DNA of 64,000 nt from Fidelibacterota bacterium (GTDB taxonomy: Bacteria; Fidelibacterota; Marinisomatia; Marinisomatales; JABMOV01): the NCBI GenBank assembly GCA_013203145.1, contig JABMOV010000081.1:10765-74764 (forward strand), written 5' to 3'. Made by a program: the position numbers and the translations under genes. Positions within the stretch are counted from its first letter, which is position 1. Each line of letters begins with the position of its first letter. Below, piece by piece: positions 1-10,906 of the stretch. A model generated the notes under the pieces. It made no database searches. It worked only from the letters and a program-made list of their open reading frames with translations, and was not told where the DNA came from.

Positions 1-500
1 GTACCTGCAATAGCAACTGCAGTCCAATAAATCAATTCGATATCGTCTTCCTGAAAACTAAATTCATCAACAGATGGTTGATCCACTAGGATTTCCCTTA
101 TATTGGGATACTTTTGCTCTAGAGCACGGATTCCATATTCTTTCCCTCTCAAAAACAGATTTAGGGCACGAGAGAATTCTTTTTTGCTAGCTTGGTAATT
201 TTCAGCCTTCATGCGTTTAGCATCTTCTAAAATAAACGCATAAGCATACATTGTATAGGCTGATGAAGCAGATTCTAATAACGATTCGTTATTGGGGGAT
301 GATGCGAGCAATATGTCGAGGGTTTTTAGATTGAACGGAAAGGCTTCGCGAACAAGAATAGGGTCATTTTCTGACTGATATACATATCCAGCCTGTTCAA
401 ATGTCTCACCAACTTTATTAGTTATATACGTAGCGGGAGAACAACTGACTAAAATAATCGCAATAGATAAATAATACCAAATTGCTGATCTGTTCTTCAC
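1..500 (-). CDS. TatT-like helical-repeat (TPR) lipoprotein, 5' part only; gene runs off the window start
   Basis: Not in the ORF track because it has no ATG. Manual minus-strand translation from GTG at 500 reads VKNRSAIWYYLSIAIILVSCSPATY...DPILVREAFPFNLKTLDILLASSPNNESLLESASSAYTMYAYAFI...ELIYWTAVAIAG and is open to base 1. Lipobox LVSC. The pattern matches my recollection of the TRAP-transporter TatT component family. Confidence 0.55.
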   Translation of the reverse strand, partial: MKNRSAIWYYLSIAIILVSCSPATYITNKVGETFEQAGYVYQSENDPILVREAFPFNLKTLDILLASSPNNESLLESASSAYTMYAYAFILEDAKRMKAENYQASKKEFSRALNLFLRGKEYGIRALEQKYPNIREILVDQPSVDEFSFQEDDIELIYWTAVAIAG

Positions 501-506
501 AATAAT

Positions 507-1811
507 CTAAGATTGAAATCTGTCATATAACGGGAACATCTTACATAATTCTAGCACATCTCCCTTTACACGATTCAATACGTCCTCATTTTCAGCATCA
601 TTGATAACGTCATCAATTAGTTGAACGATTATTTTCATCTGATCTATTCCCATACCACGAGTAGTTATGGCAGGTGTACCCACTCGGATTCCACTAGTAA
701 TAAACGGACTTCGATTATCAAAGGGCACCATGTTTTTATTCACGGTGATACCTGCTTTTTCCAAAGCTTTTTCAGCTGCTTTTCCTGTGATATCTTTATT
801 TGACAGATCAATTAAAACAAGATGAGTATCCGTTCCACCAGAAACAAGATTATACTCTTTTGCTAATAATTCTTGTGCCAAGGTTTGTGCGTTATCTATA
901 ATTTGTTGTGTATATACTTTAAAATCAGGTTTTAATGCTTCGCCAAAAGCGACGGCTTTTGCTGCAATAATATGCATTAATGGTCCTCCTTGGATTCCAG
1001 GCATTACCATTGAATCAATTAATTCAGATAATTGTTTAACACGTCCGGATTTTGGTGCAACTTTTCCCCAAGGATTATCTTTATCGTTCCCCATCATTAT
1101 CATTCCACCACGAGGTCCACGGAGTGTTTTATGGGTAGTTGTTGTTACAACATCACAATATGGCATCGGTGAAGGATGTAATCCTGTAGCTACCAAACCG
1201 GATGGATGAGCAATGTCCGCCATCAAGAAGGCACCTACTTCGTCAGCTATACTGCGAAATGCTTCAAATTCAATATGCCTTGGGTAGGCACTTCCACCAC
1301 AAATAATAACTTTAGGATTGTTTTTTTTTGCTAAATCTCGTACTGCATCAAGATCAACGCGACCTGTTTCCTTTAATACCTGATAAGATACAATATTATA
1401 TAATTGACCAGAAAAATTAACCGGACTCCCATGTGTCAAATGACCTCCATGGGCTAAATCCAATCCCATGACGGTGTCGCCAACATTTGCGAAAGTCATA
1501 AGAGCTGCCATATTTGCCTGCGATCCAGAGTGCGGTTGAACATTGGCATAATCAGCACCAAATAGCTTCTTTGCTCTATCTCGGGCTAAATTTTCCGCTT
1601 CATCAACAAATTCACACCCGCCATAATAGCGTTTTCCCGGATAGCCCTCGGCGTATTTATTTGTCATGACTCCACCAGCCATCTCCAAAACAGGGTAGCT
1701 TACAAAATTCTCAGATGCAATTAGCTCAAGGGTGTCGTGTTCGCGAGATACTTCTCGCATCAGTATATTATATAATTCTGAGTCAGCTTCTTTTAGGAAT
1801 GAAAAGGACAT
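507..1811 (-). CDS. glyA: serine hydroxymethyltransferase
   Basis: 434 aa, full-length SHMT look: [35 protein letters not shown] (PLP lysine motif). Confidence 0.97.
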   Translation of the reverse strand: MSFSFLKEADSELYNILMREVSREHDTLELIASENFVSYPVLEMAGGVMTNKYAEGYPGKRYYGGCEFVDEAENLARDRAKKLFGADYANVQPHSGSQANMAALMTFANVGDTVMGLDLAHGGHLTHGSPVNFSGQLYNIVSYQVLKETGRVDLDAVRDLAKKNNPKVIICGGSAYPRHIEFEAFRSIADEVGAFLMADIAHPSGLVATGLHPSPMPYCDVVTTTTHKTLRGPRGGMIMMGNDKDNPWGKVAPKSGRVKQLSELIDSMVMPGIQGGPLMHIIAAKAVAFGEALKPDFKVYTQQIIDNAQTLAQELLAKEYNLVSGGTDTHLVLIDLSNKDITGKAAEKALEKAGITVNKNMVPFDNRSPFITSGIRVGTPAITTRGMGIDQMKIIVQLIDDVINDAENEDVLNRVKGDVLELCKMFPLYDRFQS

Positions 1812-1832
1812 GACAAACCTCAGTTTAAATGT

Positions 1833-3110
1833 TTACCAAGATGGCTCTTTATCTAACTTTTCTGTAACCCAACTGTAACAACTAGATTCTGGCTTAACCC
1901 AACCACGACGTTTTTTATCGTTGTCGAGCATAAACCAATTGGCTTTTGAGAATAGTATATCGTTCTCTTCTAACCAAGACATTGATCCGCGATATTTCCT
2001 GTTACCCTTCTCATCTGCCTGCGAAAAGTATTTAAACGCTAATAATGCAATAATTCGATCATCATCAGATATATCTTCACTACGGCAATAGCTAAGCGCT
2101 TTATAATACACTTGTCCTTTTTGCCCTAAGGCATCACCAGAATTATTGGATATTTGAGCTGCTTTATCAGCCCAACGTATTGCTTTCCCATAATCATCAG
2201 CAAGTGTATTCACTTCTGAAACCTTTAATGCAATTGATACATCTCTTGGGTCAATTTTGAATAATTCTTCAAAGGCTTTTGATGCATTTGGTAAATCGTC
2301 TGACATTTCATATGCTTTTGCAAGTTTTTTAAAAGCAATTTTTGATGAATTATCTATCATGATTACACTTTTCAAAACATTTACAGCATCTTCAGGCCTA
2401 TCAGATTCAATAAGTTTGTCAGCATAATCAATACAGTATGAAATATTATCAGGATTACTTTCGCACCTTTCAGCATATATTTCTAAAATATCTCTACCAC
2501 AATTTTCATAGGCTACGACAAGTTCACCTTTGGCAATCTGATTATTTGGTTCTATTTCGAGGACATTTCTTAATATATCAATTTGGCGATCGCAATCATT
2601 CTTTTCACCATATGCACGAACCAATTCCATCATGTTTTCTGTATCCACAGAACAAAGATCAATGATTCGTTCACGCTCTACAATTTCATCATCAAGTTTA
2701 TTTTGACGTTTATATGAATAAACAAGACGCTTTAATAATTCACAATTGTCAGGCAAAACTTTTAGGCCTTTTAGTAAAATATATTCTGAACTATCAAAAC
2801 TTCCTAAAAATTCATATGCGATAGCATAATAAAGATAAATTTCTTCTGGTGGTGCATAATCCGGATTCCATTGGTCGCAACCAAGATCAATCAACTGACT
2901 ATAGATTTGTACAGTCTCTTTCCAGTCTTGATTGCGATAGTATTCTGCAGCGCTACTCATTAATCGAGGACATCTGAGTTCACGTAATGAATCTAACCTG
3001 GCTTGATCAGCAGCATTCATTGCATTAGGATCATCAGATGGTGGAACACACATGGTAATCACCAGCATTAGTATTCCGATACTAGCTAATTTTGATATGA
3101 ATAGCTTCAT
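1833..3110 (-). CDS. TPR-repeat lipoprotein
   Basis: Signal peptide with Cys (LVITMC). Repeated TPR-like helices (AIAYEFLGSFDSS, AKAYEMSDDLPNASKAFEELFKIDP). Confidence 0.7.
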   Translation of the reverse strand: MKLFISKLASIGILMLVITMCVPPSDDPNAMNAADQARLDSLRELRCPRLMSSAAEYYRNQDWKETVQIYSQLIDLGCDQWNPDYAPPEEIYLYYAIAYEFLGSFDSSEYILLKGLKVLPDNCELLKRLVYSYKRQNKLDDEIVERERIIDLCSVDTENMMELVRAYGEKNDCDRQIDILRNVLEIEPNNQIAKGELVVAYENCGRDILEIYAERCESNPDNISYCIDYADKLIESDRPEDAVNVLKSVIMIDNSSKIAFKKLAKAYEMSDDLPNASKAFEELFKIDPRDVSIALKVSEVNTLADDYGKAIRWADKAAQISNNSGDALGQKGQVYYKALSYCRSEDISDDDRIIALLAFKYFSQADEKGNRKYRGSMSWLEENDILFSKANWFMLDNDKKRRGWVKPESSCYSWVTEKLDKEPSW

Positions 3111-4370
3111 TTACAACTCTCTCCTTTTTACGAACCATAAATCCCCAAGGCTCAAACCGACTGAAAACTTTGAAAAAGTTTCCTTATCTATTTCTGGCAA
3201 CCCAGATCTATACCCAACCTGATAAGAGAAATCAATCTGGTTTTTTGTAACACCAAATATAAAACCAAACCCAAGTGCAAAACCATTTTCTATAATAGAT
3301 TTTTTTGAACTATCCAATGTATAACGGTTACTAAATAAACCGCTTCTATAACTAAATCGATCAGTCCAGTTCCGAATTAAGTGTCCACTAAATCGATTGA
3401 CACCAATTTGCAGATGCCAAACATTTGATATTGCATCCTGTAAAGGCGAATACTTTTTATAATCGTCGGAATAATTATTATTAACAAACCCTAATTCACC
3501 GACAATATTCCACCGTTGTTTTGCAGAATAATTAAACCCAAAATTCATTGTGTACGGCGAATATGTTTCTCCTATTTTAAGCGTATCTGGTGGAGGCACA
3601 TTTCCTGCGTATGGAAAATCTGCGTATGAAGAAATATTTGATGTGTTATGATTTCCTGACCCATCATTATCTTCATATAAATAGTATTTATATTGAGTAA
3701 CTGAAATCGGTTTTATCGTCATTCCTATATGACCATAGAGATTCAAACCGAAGGATTCTTTATTAAATCTATCTGATTGTATATAAAAATCAATTGAACT
3801 ACCTGAATGATCTAATCGATTAGTTTGTCCATAGGTTACAGATTCCAACACCATTGATTTTATCAATCTGGATGAACCAAACAAAAACGAATAAGAAATC
3901 CCCAGCGATTCGTGTTCCGATAATTTCACACCAATTGATGGCGTAAGAGCATTAATTCCACCCTCTGTCTTATTTGTAATTTGGCCTTCTGTAGTATCAG
4001 ACTGTGTTGTTAACTCAGAGGTACGAAATGTGTACGGCGTCAATGATAAACCAAACGCATGTTTTGATTTTATTGGAACAATAAACTGTGCGCGATTTAA
4101 TCCGGAAAACTGATTGATACTGCCGTTTTCAAATGTAACCTGTTGTCCATCATATCCTGTATGAATATAAGTAAAATCGAGATTCCTCCACGTGGCTGGA
4201 TTTCCCAAGGATACACCTTCGGAAAAACTGGGGGTTAAGTAATTCGACCCATTCCCTACAGATGCAGCTCCAAAGTTTGTATTAGTATACCCCAAACCAA
4301 ATGAATTCATCAACGATTGAGAATATATTGTCCCCAAAATTGTTATGAATAATATACTATTCCGATACAT
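3111..4370 (-). CDS. putative outer-membrane beta-barrel protein
   Basis: Signal peptide, alternating-hydrophobic beta-strand pattern, rich in G/S/N/Y. Abuts the neighbouring genes. Confidence 0.5.
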   Translation of the reverse strand: MYRNSILFITILGTIYSQSLMNSFGLGYTNTNFGAASVGNGSNYLTPSFSEGVSLGNPATWRNLDFTYIHTGYDGQQVTFENGSINQFSGLNRAQFIVPIKSKHAFGLSLTPYTFRTSELTTQSDTTEGQITNKTEGGINALTPSIGVKLSEHESLGISYSFLFGSSRLIKSMVLESVTYGQTNRLDHSGSSIDFYIQSDRFNKESFGLNLYGHIGMTIKPISVTQYKYYLYEDNDGSGNHNTSNISSYADFPYAGNVPPPDTLKIGETYSPYTMNFGFNYSAKQRWNIVGELGFVNNNYSDDYKKYSPLQDAISNVWHLQIGVNRFSGHLIRNWTDRFSYRSGLFSNRYTLDSSKKSIIENGFALGFGFIFGVTKNQIDFSYQVGYRSGLPEIDKETFSKFSVGLSLGDLWFVKRREL

Positions 4371-5628
4371 AACGCACCTCCAAATAGGGATCTGTTAATG
4401 AACCGTTTGGTGGTCCAAAATGCATAACATCGAACGGATTTGTAGCACCACTAACAATTTTAAATCCGTAGTTCTCAATTCTGCCCATAATGATATCTTG
4501 TAATATTGTTTTCAGATCTAAAGTCAACTTCCCATTAACCACATTTGGGTTTAATGTGTATGCAGATGATCCAAAATGTAAATAGGGATCTTCATCACGT
4601 TCTAATTCGTACGTCACAATTGAGTCTGCTAGTGTATATAGAAGAACGTCAAAATCAATAGCCTGGTCATCCACGTCAAATAAAACCAATTTCGCTTCCT
4701 TGATAATTGCCTGACTCGGGAAATCCATCAACTCTAAAGTATCTAAATTAACTTGAATGACGGCCTGTAATCCCTTTGCCCTGCCGACCGTCCACGTCGT
4801 TGAATCAGCCTCAATAATGAGCGGTGGAATCATTAATGATAAATCACGATTAATGGCAAATGAATTCGATTTGCTAATCGTCGTGTCATTATCTGATTCT
4901 TTGTAATACACAGTAAATCGTGGATCATTTGATGATTCTTTACTATAGAATTCAGATAAACCCAATAATTCCTCAGGAGGCATAACCATAAATGCTCTAT
5001 TCTTTGAACTAGTTGACACAGTATCTGCAAATGTTTCAAAAATATCAATTGGAATATTGAAATTAATCAAGAATACATTACTGACGGTATATGTTGTATT
5101 TGTAGTATCTGCTTCATCATAGATTGTATCAGATATTTCTAAAATACTAGCATTGCTAACATTTTGTTTCGGATTCAATATAAGTGTTTCATAGTCATCA
5201 AGATAATTTGTTTCATATTCATTAAACAATGAATCATCACTGTTTGGGAAATAATATAGTGAATAAGGAAAACCTGTTACCTGCTCAGAATCCGCGCTTG
5301 TTATTTTAAACTTTATACTATCAATACTTATATTTGTATCAAGCAATGATTCCATTGTAACGCTACCTGAATATTGATTTATTGTAAACAAAGCAAAGGG
5401 ATTTTGATAAACTTCACCTGTATTTGCATCCTCATAGTTCCCAAGATAAAGTTTATGATATCCACCCATTGAGGGTGGCGTAGAATATGTGTGTCCAGTG
5501 ATTGTCTGGATAGTGAGTGAATCTGAGTGGAACGGTGTGTCTAAATCATTGTAAGTGATTGGTTTGTCTTCACACCCTTCCACTGCAAATAAACCCACAA
5601 TTGCAGTTAATACCGTAAAGTGTTTCAT
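4357..5628 (-). CDS. lipoprotein of unknown function (DUF4270-like by position)
   Basis: Lipobox FAVEGC. Sits directly downstream of the short GlgA-like gene, as I recall for Bacteroidota. Family assignment not verified. Confidence 0.45.
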   Translation of the reverse strand: MKHFTVLTAIVGLFAVEGCEDKPITYNDLDTPFHSDSLTIQTITGHTYSTPPSMGGYHKLYLGNYEDANTGEVYQNPFALFTINQYSGSVTMESLLDTNISIDSIKFKITSADSEQVTGFPYSLYYFPNSDDSLFNEYETNYLDDYETLILNPKQNVSNASILEISDTIYDEADTTNTTYTVSNVFLINFNIPIDIFETFADTVSTSSKNRAFMVMPPEELLGLSEFYSKESSNDPRFTVYYKESDNDTTISKSNSFAINRDLSLMIPPLIIEADSTTWTVGRAKGLQAVIQVNLDTLELMDFPSQAIIKEAKLVLFDVDDQAIDFDVLLYTLADSIVTYELERDEDPYLHFGSSAYTLNPNVVNGKLTLDLKTILQDIIMGRIENYGFKIVSGATNPFDVMHFGPPNGSLTDPYLEVRYVSE

Positions 5629-5665
5629 GTTTTCCTATTGTGTTATGAGAAGGTGCAACTACAAA

Positions 5666-6493
5666 TCAGTCAGCAAGGTTCCGCAATTCTTCATCAAGAT
5701 GGGATGCAATTGCAGAATAGTCAGGTGATTCAACATCATTCCATTCAAATTGAGATATTTTATCGATGTGATCTTTGATGCCAGGCAGTGCTTCTAATTT
5801 ACCCATGTTATCAACACCTGGATAATTATATACTACAATTTTGTCTGCAAAATGGGCAGCAACTTCATACGCATTTACCGTATCACCTTTAATGGACTCA
5901 GGGATAACAATTCCAGCTTTATCATATGACGACCTGCTGAAATCGGCATATTCATCAACAGAATGAATGATCATAAATGTTTTTATTTTCTCGTAGAATG
6001 CTTCACCCTGATATATTTGTTTAAATATAGGAGGCACAAAAGCAGATTGCCATCCATTGCACATTACCAATTCCGGGCTCCAAAATAAATGAGGCAATAT
6101 TGCCAACGATGCTTTATTGAAATAGGCGAAACGCTCATCAATATCGGAGATTATTCTTCCATTCTTTGACTTGTAAACAAGGTTTGATAATGGCTTAAAT
6201 CTATCAACATCTTCTAGAAAATATACCTGAACTCTTGTTTTCGGAATAAAAGCACTTTTTGCTGAAATTGTGACTTCTTCTCCCTCAAATTCAAATGGAA
6301 TACTTCGAAGACGAATGACTTCACGAAGAATATATTTCCGTTCGCTTATATAACCATACTTTGGAATTGCTGTACGGATATCATGACCCTTTTCTTGTAA
6401 AAGCAAAGGTACTTTGGCAGAATAATCACCTAATGTACCCGTATTGGCGAAAGGTGTTATTTCAGTCGTTAGATAAAATATTTTTTGAGACAT
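5666..6493 (-). CDS. half-size glycogen/starch synthase-like protein (GT5 N-terminal domain only)
   Basis: N-terminus MSQKIFYLTTEITPFANTGTLGDYSAKVPLLLQEKGHDIR resembles the GlgA catalytic N-domain. It is only 275 aa and lacks the C-terminal GT1 half. Confidence 0.65.
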   Translation of the reverse strand: MSQKIFYLTTEITPFANTGTLGDYSAKVPLLLQEKGHDIRTAIPKYGYISERKYILREVIRLRSIPFEFEGEEVTISAKSAFIPKTRVQVYFLEDVDRFKPLSNLVYKSKNGRIISDIDERFAYFNKASLAILPHLFWSPELVMCNGWQSAFVPPIFKQIYQGEAFYEKIKTFMIIHSVDEYADFSRSSYDKAGIVIPESIKGDTVNAYEVAAHFADKIVVYNYPGVDNMGKLEALPGIKDHIDKISQFEWNDVESPDYSAIASHLDEELRNLAD

Positions 6494-6496
6494 ATT

Positions 6497-7315
6497 TCAG
6501 TTTTCCACATTTAATTTTTTTAAATCATTCCGAGCTTTTTCAAAGTATTCACTCCCAGGGAAATAATCCAATAAACGCTGGTATTCGTCTCTTGCTTTAT
6601 CAATATCTCCCATACTCTGATAGCATAATGCTAATTTTAATTGTGCATCGTCATCCTTATCAGTCCCAGGAAACGTAAAGACTTTCTCAAATTCGATAAT
6701 GGCGCGCTTATAATTTTTTTGAGAATAATAACATTCTGATAACCAATATTGAGAATTATCAGCCAATTCATTCATTGGATCACTAAGAACCAACTCTGTA
6801 AATCCGACTATGGCATCCTCATAACTAGCATTTTGATAATTAGTCAGATAATTGATATACTGCTTTTTGTATTGAGCAGGACTGATTTTTCTACTATCCA
6901 CCATATCAGTCGTCTCTGATCTCAATGAATAAATTTCGGTAAAACTATTGGTTAACGTAACAATTTTGTTTTCAATCATCATCAGTTGTGCCAATATTTC
7001 AAAATTTGTGCTGTCTGTATATGCTGCTTTGTCTTCTAACATTCGAATTTTATTTTGCAAAGTATTGATTCTATTGATAAGCAAAATAGTAACTGAATCT
7101 GTTTGTGCTTTGGCAGCTACTGTTGCCCCTAGGGTATTCCGTAAATCCGGTAATAACAACCGAATTTGCGTATCCAATGAATCAACCCTAACCTTTTCAC
7201 GGTTAATTTTTGCATTCAATCGTTTTAGTTCGCGATCAATATCATTTTGTGCAAATCCAATGGAAAGAATTACGAATGTTGAAGTAGCAATTGCAATTAA
7301 TCGAGTGTATTTCAT
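6497..7315 (-). CDS. YbgF/CpoB-like periplasmic protein (coiled coil + TPR)
   Basis: Signal peptide, N-terminal coiled coil, C-terminal TPRs (SQYWLSECYYSQKNYKRAIIEFEKV..., LKLALCYQSMGDIDKARDEYQRLLDYFPGSEY). Confidence 0.6.
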   Translation of the reverse strand: MKYTRLIAIATSTFVILSIGFAQNDIDRELKRLNAKINREKVRVDSLDTQIRLLLPDLRNTLGATVAAKAQTDSVTILLINRINTLQNKIRMLEDKAAYTDSTNFEILAQLMMIENKIVTLTNSFTEIYSLRSETTDMVDSRKISPAQYKKQYINYLTNYQNASYEDAIVGFTELVLSDPMNELADNSQYWLSECYYSQKNYKRAIIEFEKVFTFPGTDKDDDAQLKLALCYQSMGDIDKARDEYQRLLDYFPGSEYFEKARNDLKKLNVEN

Positions 7316-7431
7316 AAGCGCCTTTTGGTCAAATTATACCATTTATAACGGGCGAAATTTACCGTTCAACCCCGGGAACTACAATAACTAAGGCTAATTA
7401 TAAAGATTAGTTATATTAAAGCATAAAATGG

Positions 7432-8649
7432 CTATGTTGGACTCTTTATAGAAAGGTTTAATACAATGCCCAACATCATATAGCATGAGAGAAGGAATGA
7501 ACCTCCATAAGAAACAAATGGTAACGGCAATCCTTTCACAGGAATTAAACCAATAGTCATAGCAGTATTTACAAACACATGCGCTAAAAACACTGATGCT
7601 ATCCCAACCAATGCCAATCCTGAGAAACGATCTGTACATTCAAAGGCCTTGAAAACTATTCTAGATATAAAAGCAGCAAACAGTATTAAAATAAACAGTA
7701 CTGCAATAAAGCCTAACTCTTCACCAATCACTGATAATATGAAATCAGATTCTTGTACTGGTAAAAACTTTAAATGTGTCTGTGTTCCGAGACCCCATCC
7801 TTTTCCTAATAAACCTCCAGAACCAATTGCCGTTTGGCTTTGAATAATCTGATATGCTGCACCCAATGGGTCTAATTCCGGGTTAAATAATGTTAATATA
7901 CGTTTTTGTTGATAGGCATGAAGAGAGTTCCATATTAATGGTGCAAATAATCCTAAAAATATATTTGTGAAAAATGTAGTTATCCCTCGGGAAATAGTTG
8001 AACTATTTAAATATAATACGGTAGCCACAATTATAACCCAAATGACAAAGGATGCCATATGAAATGCAGTAACAATACTTAATATCGGTGCTATTAATAA
8101 AAATAAATGATAAGGCCTTGCCCCTACCCAATACAGCATTGGAAACACGGGCGTTAATAAAACTGCAGCGGTTCCTAAATCAGGTTGTTTTAGAATAATT
8201 GCTGTTGGGATTAAAACCAATATAATGGGAATGATTACAACCGTAAAGTTTCTTACTTCGAGTTTATGATCTGATAAATACCTTGCCAAAACCAGAATTG
8301 TTATCCATTTGGCATATTCTGAGGGTTGTATACTCAATACACCCAGATCAATCCACCTATAAGTACCAGCTGTTGATTCTCCGAAATATGGAATGGTAAT
8401 CCCAATAAGAATTGCACCATATGCAATGTAGGAATATTTATGAATTGCGTTCTTCGGGATAAATAAAACCGTAAATAATCCCAAAATTGCAGGAATAAGA
8501 TAAGTAAATTGCTTTTCGAATGATGTCATCCCATCCTGATGCTGGGCAATACTCTTTAATGTTAGTAGTCCAAGAAAAGTTAGTATTATTGGAAGAACTA
8601 GTACCGAAGAAGAAATTTCACGAAACCGTTTAGTTACCGCTAAAATCAT
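7432..8649 (-). CDS. rodA: SEDS-family peptidoglycan glycosyltransferase RodA
   Basis: Polytopic FtsW/RodA/SpoVE-like sequence (QPSEYAKW, GLPLPFVSYGGS). 4-nt overlap with mrdA. Confidence 0.9.
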   Translation of the reverse strand: MILAVTKRFREISSSVLVLPIILTFLGLLTLKSIAQHQDGMTSFEKQFTYLIPAILGLFTVLFIPKNAIHKYSYIAYGAILIGITIPYFGESTAGTYRWIDLGVLSIQPSEYAKWITILVLARYLSDHKLEVRNFTVVIIPIILVLIPTAIILKQPDLGTAAVLLTPVFPMLYWVGARPYHLFLLIAPILSIVTAFHMASFVIWVIIVATVLYLNSSTISRGITTFFTNIFLGLFAPLIWNSLHAYQQKRILTLFNPELDPLGAAYQIIQSQTAIGSGGLLGKGWGLGTQTHLKFLPVQESDFILSVIGEELGFIAVLFILILFAAFISRIVFKAFECTDRFSGLALVGIASVFLAHVFVNTAMTIGLIPVKGLPLPFVSYGGSFLLSCYMMLGIVLNLSIKSPT

Positions 8650-10412
8650 TGGTTCTCAACTATTTGACTAGGCTGAAAAACATAATTGAATGCTACGCGA
8701 GCAATTGGAGCCGCAAATTGTCCTCCATGTCCACCATTTTCGATAAGAACAGTAGCCGATATTACCTGTTCACCTTTTTTGCCATATCCCACAAACCAGG
8801 CGTGATCTTCACCATGTGGATTTTGAGCAGTTCCTGTTTTTCCAGCTAAAACAAGTCCTTCAATCTTGGGGTCTGCTGATTTCCCTGTACCACCCGCATC
8901 ATAAATAACCCCTTTCATTAAACGGTCGATTAATTCCCAACTAGATGCTTTAAAATGTGGTGTCACATTGATATTTTGAATATGATTTGTTCCAAAATGC
9001 AATTTTTGCGTGATCCCTCTAGTGGCAAGGATATTTACATATTGCGCAATTTGAATGGGAGTAACTACGACATCTCCCTGCCCTAAAGCCAGGTTTAGCA
9101 TTGCACCTTTCGACCAACCATATCGTCCATATCGTTTATTCATGTATTCTTTGGTTGGAACATTCCCTTTTTGCTCGGTTGGTAAATCAATTCCAACTTT
9201 TTCACCAAAGCCCAATTCCTTCGCCACTTCAGCCCACTCATCAATTTTCAGCGCTTGGACAATCTTATAAAAATATATATTACATGATTCCGATAATGCT
9301 CGTCGTAAATCTACGTTTCCATGTCCATATTCATTCCAACATCTAAAAACTCGATCTCCAAATGCATATTCACCGGTGCAAATTATTGAAAAGTTAGTAT
9401 TTAAATTTCCTTTTTCAGCTAGTGCCAGTAGGGTTATCATTTTAAGGATGGATCCTGGAGGGTATAATCCTCCCGAATTGCGATCCATTAACGGCCTATC
9501 TGGATTTGTGAGAATATCATTCCAATCTTCGTCGTGAGTTATTCCAGTAAATAGATCAGGAGGATAATCTGGTGCACTTATATAAGCAAGAATATCTCCA
9601 TTATTGGCATCGCTTACAATGACAACACCACGTTTCCCCTGCATGGATTGTTCCAATAATCCTTGTAATCCGGAGTCAATTGTCAAATGAATATTATTTC
9701 CAGGAATAGGTCGTTCTCCCATACGTTCTGCGACATTTCCCATAACTTGGCCAAATGCGTTGACCTCTAAATACTTTACTCCTTTTTGTCCCTTCAATTC
9801 ATTTTCATAAATTTTCTCAACACCTTGCCAACCAATTAAATCTCCAAATTCATAAAGTTGGTTATTATCAAGCTTTTCATAAATGTCGCGATTCACTTCT
9901 TTAACATATCCTAAAAAATGAGATCCGCGAATTTTCGAAGGAAAAACCCTCTCAGGAAATTGATCATAGTGAATACCTGTTAAATCCAATCGATGCTCTT
10001 CTAAAACACTTATTTGGCTTAAAGTCAAATCCTTTGCAAGACGAACTGGAACAAATCTCGTTCTGTAGTATTTTTGATAATTGTCCAAAAGCAGACTTAC
10101 ATCCAAACCAGTACATTCACTAATTCTCATAAATGATTCGTTTTTGTTCAGTATTTCGCCTGGTATGGCATTTAAAATAAATGTCGGATAATTGTCCACA
10201 AGAATTGTCCCATTACGATCAAGGATCAATCCACGAGGTGCGGATAGTGAAATTGCCCTTATTCTATTGATATCAGATTTTTTTGAAAACGTCTCATATT
10301 TCAATATCTGTATCTGAAAAAAGCGAACAATCAAAACCATGATAATCAAGCTAATTACTGCATAGGATGCATAAAGCCTCGACTTTGGAATTTGGTTGTC
10401 AGTTTTGAGCAT
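8646..10412 (-). CDS. mrdA: penicillin-binding protein 2 (transpeptidase)
   Basis: 588 aa. PBP dimerisation and transpeptidase motifs (PPGSILK = SxxK, SESCN = SxN, KTGTA = KTG). Sits in the mre cluster. Confidence 0.92.
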   Translation of the reverse strand: MLKTDNQIPKSRLYASYAVISLIIMVLIVRFFQIQILKYETFSKKSDINRIRAISLSAPRGLILDRNGTILVDNYPTFILNAIPGEILNKNESFMRISECTGLDVSLLLDNYQKYYRTRFVPVRLAKDLTLSQISVLEEHRLDLTGIHYDQFPERVFPSKIRGSHFLGYVKEVNRDIYEKLDNNQLYEFGDLIGWQGVEKIYENELKGQKGVKYLEVNAFGQVMGNVAERMGERPIPGNNIHLTIDSGLQGLLEQSMQGKRGVVIVSDANNGDILAYISAPDYPPDLFTGITHDEDWNDILTNPDRPLMDRNSGGLYPPGSILKMITLLALAEKGNLNTNFSIICTGEYAFGDRVFRCWNEYGHGNVDLRRALSESCNIYFYKIVQALKIDEWAEVAKELGFGEKVGIDLPTEQKGNVPTKEYMNKRYGRYGWSKGAMLNLALGQGDVVVTPIQIAQYVNILATRGITQKLHFGTNHIQNINVTPHFKASSWELIDRLMKGVIYDAGGTGKSADPKIEGLVLAGKTGTAQNPHGEDHAWFVGYGKKGEQVISATVLIENGGHGGQFAAPIARVAFNYVFQPSQIVENQ

Positions 10413-10906
10413 TATTCAATTACAACACGCCTAAGAGGAATGAAATATTGAAGGAGAGACATAAATCCTAAAGTATAGGCTGAGACGGATATCCATCTCA
10501 GTAAAAAGGACAAAACATTTGCGTCGAATAAAATTGGATACCGAAACAATGAATCAATTAAAAATGCGAAAGTCAATATAATGAAACTGCCTAGTGTCAA
10601 ATAAAGCGGCGAAATATTATGGACACGAATGGACAGAAAACCTATTGAGTAAGTAATCATTACATATAATATTGCAGATAGCCCAAATGAGCTCCCTGCA
10701 CCTGCAAAATCTAGTAGCAGTCCAAAAATAAATCCATAAATGATACCATAAAAACTTCCCCATCGAATGGTAAAATAAATGAGGAATATGGCAAAAAAGT
10801 CAGGGCGAATACCGTTAATTGATATCCAATTTGCTAATAATAGTTGGATAAAATAAATTGCCAAAGCCCATAAACTATCTTTTAACAATAATCGCGCTTT
10901 ATCCAT
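10412..10906 (-). CDS. mreD: rod shape-determining protein MreD
   Basis: 164-aa polytopic membrane protein between mreC and mrdA. Confidence 0.75.
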   Translation of the reverse strand: MDKARLLLKDSLWALAIYFIQLLLANWISINGIRPDFFAIFLIYFTIRWGSFYGIIYGFIFGLLLDFAGAGSSFGLSAILYVMITYSIGFLSIRVHNISPLYLTLGSFIILTFAFLIDSLFRYPILFDANVLSFLLRWISVSAYTLGFMSLLQYFIPLRRVVIE

